From positions 736,001-800,000 of the forward strand of contig OY969807.1 of assembly GCA_963703285.1 (NCBI GenBank): 64,000 nucleotides of DNA. The letters run 5' to 3'. Under the pieces are notes generated by a model that saw nothing but the letters and a program-made list of their open reading frames with translations, was not told the DNA's origin and did no database searches. Of the stretch, positions 21,241 to 29,079 are shown piece by piece. How positions within the stretch are numbered: position 1 is the first letter of the stretch; the number at the start of each line of letters is the position of its first letter. A program made the position numbers and the translations under genes. Source of the DNA: an uncultured Nitrososphaerota archaeon. Its GTDB lineage: Archaea > Thermoproteota > Nitrososphaeria > Nitrososphaerales > Gagatemarchaeaceae.

Positions 21241-22620
21241 TCAGGCTGACCTGAGGGCGTGCATGTGCTCGACGCTCCTCCTGACGTCGAGCGGGCTCCC
21301 TATGTCCCTCCTGGACCTCACGGGTCCCTTCAGGGCGTCAATCCCGGCGAGCGAGAGCGACCGCGCCTCTTCGAGATTGGGTCCCGTCCCCGCGACCGCC
21401 ACCGACCGCGATGACCCGAGGTAGGTCGTGCCCCCCTCGAGCCTCACGTCCATCGGATAGACACTCAGTCCGGACCTGGTTCGCTGGAGCGCGTACGCCC
21501 CCGAGAGGTCGATGACGCCCTTCTCTGGGGGGACGGTGTCCGGAATCCCGTAACCCGCGGGGACGGCACAGGTTACCACCGACGCCCTCTTCGAGAACCT
21601 GATCGACCTCAGCGAACCCTCGAGCATCCTGAAGCACACCTCCACGAAGTCATCCTCGATGGTGGAGAGCACGCTAATCTGTTCGGTGTTGCCTCCCCTG
21701 CTGTTCCTCTCAAGGATCTTGAAGCCTTTACCGTTGTGCATCAGGGCGTCATAGAGGACTATGCCCTTGAGCCCGGGATCAGAACCCTTCCCCCTCCAGC
21801 GGGCGAACGCTCGCTCCTCTGCCGAGACGACGGACTCCCACTCCGATGGACGCAGGAAGGGGAGGTGAGCCTCCGAGTCTCTGTAGCTTCCCATCCCTCC
21901 TGTGAGCCGGCCCTTTTCCCCGTCGAGGGCCCTCTTGTAGTCCCTCGTCTGAGGCGCAACGACGAAGTGCTTCCCGTCGCTGAACGCCTGGAAGCTGGAT
22001 TCCTCCCCGACGACCCGTTCCTCCACCACGACCCTGCCCTTCGATAAGGCCCCTCTGAAGAAGGCGACCATCTCCTTCTCGGTCCTGAAGTCCTGGCCCC
22101 AGACTCCCACCCCGGCCCCGCGAGCGGGAGCGTCCGGCTTGATGACGGGCTCCCCGATCTCGGATGCGAACCTCTTGAAACGCGAGACGGCCGAACCCTC
22201 GCTGCGGAAGTCCTTCGGGTCGAAGACGGCGTATCGCGGGTTGGCGTCGTCGAAGAGCTCGTCGAACAGCAGCCTCTGGTCCGCCTTCGACCGTTCGACC
22301 GCGTGCGCAGTGTCGACGCAGAGCATCTGCACGCCCCCCTCACGCTGGAGGACGTCCCTCCCTCCCGCAGTGACGAAGTCCTCGGTGTCGGTGAGACCGA
22401 AGCTTATCCTGCTCCTGTTGTCCCGTGCGAACGCGGCGACCTTGTGGACGTCGAGATCGGGGATGACCCTGTGCACCTTCGCGTTCTCCAAGTTGAGCGG
22501 ATTCTGTTGCCGCTCCGCGATGTAGAACTCCGGATGGTAGTCCTCGCTCCTCTTGAAAGCGTCGATCATGGCCCCTGAGCTCAGGCACTTCGACACGATG
22601 AGTATGCCAACTCGGTCCAA
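21241..22620 (-). CDS. purD: Phosphoribosylamine-glycine ligase (divergent archaeal type)
   Basis: VVEERVVGEESS, DYKRALDGEKGRLTGGMGS, ERNSRGGNTE, RRDIG; purine-cluster context. Confidence 0.82.
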   Translation of the reverse strand: MDRVGILIVSKCLSSGAMIDAFKRSEDYHPEFYIAERQQNPLNLENAKVHRVIPDLDVHKVAAFARDNRSRISFGLTDTEDFVTAGGRDVLQREGGVQMLCVDTAHAVERSKADQRLLFDELFDDANPRYAVFDPKDFRSEGSAVSRFKRFASEIGEPVIKPDAPARGAGVGVWGQDFRTEKEMVAFFRGALSKGRVVVEERVVGEESSFQAFSDGKHFVVAPQTRDYKRALDGEKGRLTGGMGSYRDSEAHLPFLRPSEWESVVSAEERAFARWRGKGSDPGLKGIVLYDALMHNGKGFKILERNSRGGNTEQISVLSTIEDDFVEVCFRMLEGSLRSIRFSKRASVVTCAVPAGYGIPDTVPPEKGVIDLSGAYALQRTRSGLSVYPMDVRLEGGTTYLGSSRSVAVAGTGPNLEEARSLSLAGIDALKGPVRSRRDIGSPLDVRRSVEHMHALRSA

Positions 22621-22683
22621 GGAAGACGCCTGCTCTGTCTAGGGCGCTCTAAAAAACGATTGCAGCAGCTCTGAGGTTTGCCC

Positions 22684-24309
22684 TCACGCGGAGCGCGCGG
22701 CTTCGCCCTCGAGCTCTATGAGTTCCTTGTAGGCGGGGAGGGTCAGGAACTCGGGAAAGACGTCTGGTCTCACCATCGAGGCGAGGAGCTTCGCGGCTTC
22801 GGCGATTCGCGGGGACGGCTCCTCCCCGACGGCCCGCGCGGAGAGGCGTGCCGCTTCTTCTTCTATCATAGGCCCGACTAGGTCGATGGTCACCTTCCTC
22901 CCGTCGGACAATGACGCTCCGTGCCTTATCCACTGCCAGAGCTGGGCTCTGGAGATCTCGGCGGTCGCCGTGTCCTCCATGAGGTTGTCTATCGGGACGC
23001 ACCCTCTGCCGGACAGCCAGGACCCGATGTACTGGAGCGCGATGCTGACGTTCGACCTCACCCCGTCCTCGGTGATCTCCCCCTCGGGGACCTTCAGCAG
23101 GTCCTCCTTCGAGACGTTGACGTCGGCGCGCGTGACCGCCAGCTGGTTCGGACCCTTCACCTGGTCGAACACCTCCCTGGCCAGCCCGACGAGCCCCGGG
23201 TGGGCGACCCAGGTTCCGTCGTGGCCGAGTCGGACCTCGCGCTCCTTGTCGGCCCTCACCTTCCGGAAGGCGGCCGCGTTCGCGGCTTCGTCGCGGACGG
23301 GGATGTAGGCTGACATCCCACCCATCGCAAAGGCCCCTCGGCTATGACAGGTCTTGATCAGGAGGTCGACGTATGAGGCGAGGAAGGCCTTGTCCATCGT
23401 CACCTGCGAACGGTCCGGGAGGACGAACCGCGGATGGTTCCTCAGGGTCTTGATGTAGCTGAATATGTAGTCCCACCGCCCGCAGTTGAGACCGACGATG
23501 TGGTCTCTCAGGTTGTACAGGATCTCCTCCATCTCGAAGGCGGCCGGGAGCGTCTCGATCAGAGCCGTCACCTTGATGCTCCCGGGCGGGAGGACCATGT
23601 ACTCCTCCGCCGTCGTGAACAGCCTGTCCCAGAATCGGGCCTCGAGAGCGCTCTCCATCTTTGGGATGTAGATGTACGGCGAGGTTCCCCTCTGTCTTAG
23701 CGTGCGGGCGTTGTGGTGGAAGAAGAGCCCGAAATCGAACAGCGTGGCCGAGACCGGCTCCCCGTCGATCACGACGTGCTCCTCGTTGAGGTGAAGCCCC
23801 CTGGGCCTCACGATCAGTGTTGCGACCTTTTCGTCGAGCTTGTACGACTTCCCTTCCGGAGACTCGAAGGAGATGGTCCGGTTGACAGCGTCCCTGAGGT
23901 TGATCTGTCCCTGGATGACCTGCTTCCAGGTGGGCGAGAGGGAATCCTCAAAGTCCGCCATGTAGACGTCCGCCCCGGAGTTCAGCGCGTTGATTACCAT
24001 CTTCCTATCACCTGCGGGTCCTGTGATCTCCACCTTCCTCAGCCTCAGGTCGCGCGGAGCGTCGGAGACCTTCCAATGGACACCCGAGAGCGTATCCCTT
24101 CCGCTCGGAAAGTCCGGGAGGAGACCGGAGTCGATCTTCTTCTGCCTCTCCTCGCGCCTGCTCAGTAGCATCTTCCTCATGTCCCTGTTGGACCGCTGGA
24201 GCAGCTTTACGAACCCGAGGGCCTCCGGAGTCAATATCGAGGAGAACCCTTCGGAGTTCTGTCCTAGTATCTCGACGCCCTCTGGGACGTCTCGCTGTTC
24301 GGTCGCCAT
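22684..24309 (-). CDS. aceB: Malate synthase A
   Basis: VEITGP, INALNSGA, ADFEDS, GLNCGRWDYIFS, GHDGTWVAHP, LMEDTATAEISR. Confidence 0.96.
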   Translation of the reverse strand: MATEQRDVPEGVEILGQNSEGFSSILTPEALGFVKLLQRSNRDMRKMLLSRREERQKKIDSGLLPDFPSGRDTLSGVHWKVSDAPRDLRLRKVEITGPAGDRKMVINALNSGADVYMADFEDSLSPTWKQVIQGQINLRDAVNRTISFESPEGKSYKLDEKVATLIVRPRGLHLNEEHVVIDGEPVSATLFDFGLFFHHNARTLRQRGTSPYIYIPKMESALEARFWDRLFTTAEEYMVLPPGSIKVTALIETLPAAFEMEEILYNLRDHIVGLNCGRWDYIFSYIKTLRNHPRFVLPDRSQVTMDKAFLASYVDLLIKTCHSRGAFAMGGMSAYIPVRDEAANAAAFRKVRADKEREVRLGHDGTWVAHPGLVGLAREVFDQVKGPNQLAVTRADVNVSKEDLLKVPEGEITEDGVRSNVSIALQYIGSWLSGRGCVPIDNLMEDTATAEISRAQLWQWIRHGASLSDGRKVTIDLVGPMIEEEAARLSARAVGEEPSPRIAEAAKLLASMVRPDVFPEFLTLPAYKELIELEGEAARSA

Positions 24310-24369
24310 TGCTCCACGCGTTTCACCCGGGGGCGATAAAAAACCGACGGTCTCGGCGTCTCGCGGGGG

Positions 24370-25095
24370 TCAGTAGCCGCTCTTCATCAGCCCTGCGTAG
24401 TCGAAGACCATCACGCCGTCGCTGTTCTGGAGCGCGTACTGGAACTCCTGTTCGTACTGTGGCCTGCTCGATGTCGTGAAGACGCCGACGCTGCCGATGA
24501 TGCCCGGATGGATGTATCCCTGATCCCCGGCGCCGTAGGTCTCGAGCACGAGGAGGTCGGGCTTCAGGGGGAGCGTGAAGTCGGTCGTCGTGATGGCGAT
24601 CTCTCCCGAGGTGTAGCTCTGCTTGACCGTGTTGAAGATGTCGGTCTGGGCCGAGAGGGAGAGCGTAGACATGTCCAGGCTTATCCCGTCCTCTCCGAGC
24701 TGGTAGACCGAGGAGGGGACGGTCTGGGAGGAGTTCGTGAGGTAGAGCGAGAAGTAGATCTTGAGGCCCTGACCGTGCGCCTCGGTCACGAAGGAGCTCA
24801 GCTGGGAGGGCTGGAAGAGGAGGATACCCTCCCTGTAGACCTGGAAGAAGATGGTGTTGAAGCCCTGGGACCCGGCGAACGAGAGCATCGAGCCGAAGTT
24901 GGTCTGGTTGACGGCGCCGTTCCCCTGGTTGATGTAGAGGATTATGGGCTTGGCCGTGGCCGTCTCGCTGCCGCCGAGGGAGGGATGGAAGAGCAGGACT
25001 CCGGCGGCCAAGAGCAGGACAGCCAGGACAGCGCCTCCCACAGCGTAGTATACGAGACGATTCCTGCCCCGTCTCTGCCTCCTCCTTGCCGTCAT
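24370..25095 (-). CDS. Membrane-anchored hypothetical protein, possible compact glycoside-hydrolase-like barrel
   Basis: Arg-rich N-terminus plus TM; GFNTIFFQVY, EAHGQGLKIYF, DGISLD, DGVMVFDY. Confidence 0.55.
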   Translation of the reverse strand: MTARRRQRRGRNRLVYYAVGGAVLAVLLLAAGVLLFHPSLGGSETATAKPIILYINQGNGAVNQTNFGSMLSFAGSQGFNTIFFQVYREGILLFQPSQLSSFVTEAHGQGLKIYFSLYLTNSSQTVPSSVYQLGEDGISLDMSTLSLSAQTDIFNTVKQSYTSGEIAITTTDFTLPLKPDLLVLETYGAGDQGYIHPGIIGSVGVFTTSSRPQYEQEFQYALQNSDGVMVFDYAGLMKSGY

Positions 25096-26777
25096 GCTGA
25101 TGACTCAGACCCCGAGGGTGCGATCATCGGACCGGCATCGTATGCGGTGGTCCTCGCTGCCAGCCGGAGGGTCATCGCTGCGACGGCGAGTTCTGCGGCC
25201 GAGAGCAAAACTAGCGCGTCCAGAGAGAGTAGGTGGTTCCTCGAGATCACGTACTCGACCGCGTAGGCGACCCCCGGAAGGGCGAGCAGGCACTCGCCCG
25301 AGCCCACGCCAGCCGCGAAGCGGACAGCAGCCCCTCGGCCGCGCTCGGCGAGCGCCTTCAGAACCAACACCTCGACGACGCAGGCCGCGAAGACCGAGCA
25401 GAGGGTGGCCAGCGGGATCATCAGGCTTCCCTCGAAGGTGAACGGTTTCGAGAGGAAGACGACCGCCAGAGTGAGGGGCACTGGGACGTAGGTCGCCGTC
25501 GAGATCAGGACCTTCGACAGGGTCCTTACGTTCTCGTTGAGCGGCAGGGCGCTCCTGCGCTCGACGCCCAGGTCCTCGACCGTGACGAGCAGGAAGGCGA
25601 TGAAGAGGGCGAACCCGCCGCAAGCCTGCGAGGCCGCCAGGACCTCCGCCACCCTGACAGCCGGCGTCGCAGTGAGAGGCAGAATCACGGCGAAGACCTC
25701 GAAGATCGGGAGGGCGAAGAGGAACCCCGTCGCGGGATTGCGGGAGGCGACCCTGACGTCCTTCGCCATGTAGCCTCCCAGAGGGCTGCGCTCGCGGATG
25801 GAGTAGTCGACCTTTCGGGCCTGGGCTGCCCCCGACCTTCCTCCCGGCACGACCACGCCGTAGATTATGCGTGAGGCGCCGAGAGAAGCCGCAGCGCAAC
25901 CGACCACGGCGAGCAGGACGCCGACGGCGGAGCAGACGAGCAGGAGCCTGCCGACGGTCTCTCCGGCAAAGGACGAGACGAGGAGCCCGGCCGAGAATGG
26001 GAAGACGAGCGAGGCGACGAAACCCAGCGGTTCGTTCGGGTAGGAGAGCACCAGGTTGAGCGATGGAGCGAGGTAGGTGACGAGGCTGAAGAGGAAGACC
26101 GCGCTCATGACGCCGAGTCCCCAGAGTATGAAGAGAAGGGGTCGGAAGAGCCCTCTTATCCCCGACATGCCGCCTCCTTCGAGCTTCCTGTTGAAGAGAG
26201 AGGTCAACCAGAGGGCGGCCGCGACGGCGAGGAGAGATCCCGAGGCGGTCGTCAAAAAGACGACCACTGAAGCGGCCGCCGACCCCGTAAAGTACGCGAC
26301 GGCAGCGAGCTGGGTCACAAGGCTCAGCACCAGCACGTAGTCCAGGGTCCTCCACAGAGTCAGCACCGCGACCGCAGACGTCTCCCTCGCCGTGAGCGGC
26401 AGCTGGGCGAGCGGCGTGAACGACCCGCTGCTGACGAACGAGGGGAGGACTTGGATGGAGTAGAGGACGATGTACCCGAAGACGAGGAGGATGCTGAGGG
26501 AGACCGCAACCCTGAGCGTCATCGCCACCAGGAAGGAGAGGCCGAATGCGGACGTGACCTGCGCCCTTGTCACCCCGTACAGGACGAACGGGAGGACGGC
26601 GCCTGCCATGGTGAACAGGGAGAAGATCGCCTTGTTGACGGCCGCGCCCCTCAGGGCGTTCCTGACTGGGTTGGAGGTTTTCGATCCGACGGCCGTGTAC
26701 CCGGACCGCAGGACCGGTCTGTACACCAGCTCCCCGTAGGAGACCCGGCTCGCCCTCCAGACCTTAGCCAAGTCCAT
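25092..26777 (-). CDS. ABC exporter large permease
   Basis: Multi-TM; LAQLPLT, MAKDVRVASRNP, SALPL motifs; follows the ATPase gene. Confidence 0.8.
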   Translation of the reverse strand: MDLAKVWRASRVSYGELVYRPVLRSGYTAVGSKTSNPVRNALRGAAVNKAIFSLFTMAGAVLPFVLYGVTRAQVTSAFGLSFLVAMTLRVAVSLSILLVFGYIVLYSIQVLPSFVSSGSFTPLAQLPLTARETSAVAVLTLWRTLDYVLVLSLVTQLAAVAYFTGSAAASVVVFLTTASGSLLAVAAALWLTSLFNRKLEGGGMSGIRGLFRPLLFILWGLGVMSAVFLFSLVTYLAPSLNLVLSYPNEPLGFVASLVFPFSAGLLVSSFAGETVGRLLLVCSAVGVLLAVVGCAAASLGASRIIYGVVVPGGRSGAAQARKVDYSIRERSPLGGYMAKDVRVASRNPATGFLFALPIFEVFAVILPLTATPAVRVAEVLAASQACGGFALFIAFLLVTVEDLGVERRSALPLNENVRTLSKVLISTATYVPVPLTLAVVFLSKPFTFEGSLMIPLATLCSVFAACVVEVLVLKALAERGRGAAVRFAAGVGSGECLLALPGVAYAVEYVISRNHLLSLDALVLLSAAELAVAAMTLRLAARTTAYDAGPMIAPSGSESSA

Positions 26778-27561
26778 CCGGCGGATTCCCCCTTAAGCGA
26801 GCTATCGCCTCCTCGACCACACCTTCCTCGTTGGTGACCTTCAGGAAGACGTCTTCGAGCGAGCTGCCTCCGCTGCCTGAGAGGCGCCTGAGCTCCTCCA
26901 TAGTCCCCTCGGCGACGACCCTCCCGCGGTCGATGATGCCTATCCGGGAGCACATCTCCTGGGCAACCTCCAGGACGTGTGTCGAGAAGATGACGGCGCC
27001 GTGCCTCTCCACGTGGATGAGAATGAGCTCCTTCAGGATCCTGCTGCTCTTGGCGTCCAGTCCGTTGAGCGGCTCGTCGAGGAGGAGGAGCGGTGGCTCG
27101 TGCATCATCGCGGCAATCACCGAGATCTTCTGCTTCGTCCCGAGAGAGAGCGCGCCTATGGGGAGGTCGAGGCTCTCGCCGATATCGAACGCAGAGGCGA
27201 GCTCGGAGGTCCTCTCCACGGCGTGGGGGCCGAGCTGCCTGGCCGACGCAACAAACTCGAAGTACTCCCTCGGCGTCAGCGACTCGTAGAGGACCGCGGA
27301 CTCTGCAACATAACCAATCCTCCGCTTGACTTCGACCCTCTGCGAGACCGGGTCGAATCCAACGACCCGAGCGTTGCCGCTCGTCGGGGTCTCGAGGCCG
27401 CTGAGTATCCGGAGTGTCGTCGTCTTCCCGGCGCCATTCGGCCCGAGCAGCCCGTAGACCTCTCCCGGCATCACGCGCAGGTCGAGGCCCGAGAGCGCGG
27501 AGACGGCCCCATAGGTCTTCACGACCTTGGACGCTTCCGCGAGCGGTTCGGCGGCCGACAT
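26764..27561 (-). CDS. ABC exporter ATP-binding protein
   Basis: GPNGAGKTT, LSLGTKQK, LLLDEPLNGLD. Confidence 0.93.
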   Translation of the reverse strand: MSAAEPLAEASKVVKTYGAVSALSGLDLRVMPGEVYGLLGPNGAGKTTTLRILSGLETPTSGNARVVGFDPVSQRVEVKRRIGYVAESAVLYESLTPREYFEFVASARQLGPHAVERTSELASAFDIGESLDLPIGALSLGTKQKISVIAAMMHEPPLLLLDEPLNGLDAKSSRILKELILIHVERHGAVIFSTHVLEVAQEMCSRIGIIDRGRVVAEGTMEELRRLSGSGGSSLEDVFLKVTNEEGVVEEAIARLRGNPPDGLG

Positions 27562-27563
27562 CT

Positions 27564-27968
27564 CTACCGGCTCGGGTGGAAGTCGGGGAAGAGCTCGCCA
27601 GCGGTCCGCGGTCGCCTGTCCTCGAAGACCTCATCGGAGTACCACCTCGACCCGAACTCGATGAAGCTCATGAGGACCGGAAGCGTGTCCTCTCCCTTCT
27701 TCGTGAGGGCCCACCTGACGAGGTGCTGGCCCGACCGCGCCTCCGACTGTCGTATGAATCCGTCTTCCTCCAGCTCCCGGAGCCTGAGAGAGAGCACCCG
27801 GGGGGTGAGGCCCGGGGTGGCCCGCAGCATGCTGTTGAACCGGTCGACCTTGAGGAACCCTATGTCGCGCAGTATCAGCATGGTCCACTTCTTGCCGAGC
27901 ACACCGAGGCTCACCTGGATAGGGCACGACTTGAAGGGAGCGGAGGGCAGCAACGGTTTCTCGTCCAT
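27564..27968 (-). CDS. HxlR/DUF24-family transcriptional regulator
   Basis: SCPIQVSLGVLGKKWTMLILRD, LSLRLRELEEDG, LTKKG. Confidence 0.9.
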   Translation of the reverse strand: MDEKPLLPSAPFKSCPIQVSLGVLGKKWTMLILRDIGFLKVDRFNSMLRATPGLTPRVLSLRLRELEEDGFIRQSEARSGQHLVRWALTKKGEDTLPVLMSFIEFGSRWYSDEVFEDRRPRTAGELFPDFHPSR

Positions 27969-27978
27969 CCTCGAACGG

Positions 27979-28024
27979 TATACTTCGCGTATGTTGGCTA
28001 TTTAATTACTATACATTTGATATT
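27979..28024. promoter_or_regulatory. Divergent promoter with putative HxlR-type operator sites
   Basis: TATAC-N5-GTATG (27979-27993) and TATAC-N5-ATATT (28010-28024) flanking TATTTAATTA. Confidence 0.5.
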
Positions 28025-28031
28025 GCGAGGC

Positions 28032-28532
28032 GTGGGAAACAGAGAGCTGGTCAAGACCGTCCTTGTTGACGCCGCGCCCGAGCGGGTATGGTGGGCCTGG
28101 ACGACGGTTGAGGGACTCAAGACGTTCTTCGCCCCAGACGCTGAGGTACAGCTCGCTCCGGGAGGAAAGTACGAGGTGCTCTTCGACCTGGATATGCCTG
28201 ACGGTCTGAAGGGATCCGAGGGGTGCAGGGTGCTGAGCTTCGTGCCCCCCAGGATGCTCTCGTTCACCTGGAGTGCCCCTCCGAAGTTCCCCCAGGCTCG
28301 CAAGGATATCGCACAGTGGGTCGTCGTGTTCCTCGAACCCTCGGGCGACCACACACTCGTTACCCTGGTCGAGCTCGGCTGGAAGGAGGGGGAAGAGGGC
28401 GAAGCGGTGTACAGCTACTTCGAACGCGCTTGGGTGCTCGTCCTGGAGCGTCTTGCCTACAGCTTTTCCAAGGGGCCAATTGACTGGGAGCACCCCTACG
28501 TGCCGGCCCCTGCCACCGGCCCCGGTCGATAG
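28032..28532 (+). CDS. SRPBCC/AHA1-like (START-fold) protein
   Basis: VDAAPERVWWAWTT, PPRMLSFTW, TLVTL, FERAW; GTG start. Confidence 0.85.
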   Translation: MGNRELVKTVLVDAAPERVWWAWTTVEGLKTFFAPDAEVQLAPGGKYEVLFDLDMPDGLKGSEGCRVLSFVPPRMLSFTWSAPPKFPQARKDIAQWVVVFLEPSGDHTLVTLVELGWKEGEEGEAVYSYFERAWVLVLERLAYSFSKGPIDWEHPYVPAPATGPGR

Positions 28533-28597
28533 AGTGACCTTCGAGGTCACCGCGGCTGCGTGGCCTTCGGAACTTCGCGTCGGATCGAGAACGGGCA

Positions 28598-29071
28598 TCA
28601 GGTGTAAGCGGCGTACACAGAGGGGTAATCCTTCACCAACTGCAGGTTCAGCGAGAGCACATTGACGTATTGGAGCTCTATGGCCCTCCCCTGGAGGTCG
28701 ATGTTCTGGTTGACGAGTTGCTGGAGAGATGCCACCGGTATCCCGGTAGCGTTGCTGATTCCTGGAATCTGGACGTCAGCCATCTGCACGGTGATGTCAG
28801 GGTCCAGACCCGATGCGGACAGCGACTCGACCCTGTCGTGGAAGAATATGGGGAGAGTGAAATTCTGGGCTATCTGAGACGAGCCGATGACCTGTCCGTC
28901 GAGGTGCACGAGCTCTCCGTTCGCTTGATACGGGAACAGAGCCTGGCCGATTCCTGTAATCAGCAGTGGGAAGAACAAACCGCAGACGAGAAGCGAAACT
29001 ATCGCTATCCCTATGACTGGCCTGTAGTCGGCCTTTTCTTTCCCGCCGTCATTCAATTTCTTGGTCTCCAA
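28598..29071 (-). CDS. kdpC: K+-transporting ATPase subunit C (short)
   Basis: LFPYQANG, GSSQIAQNF, SASGLDPDI, VNVLSLN. Confidence 0.92.
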   Translation of the reverse strand: METKKLNDGGKEKADYRPVIGIAIVSLLVCGLFFPLLITGIGQALFPYQANGELVHLDGQVIGSSQIAQNFTLPIFFHDRVESLSASGLDPDITVQMADVQIPGISNATGIPVASLQQLVNQNIDLQGRAIELQYVNVLSLNLQLVKDYPSVYAAYT

Positions 29072-29079
29072 TTTTTCAC

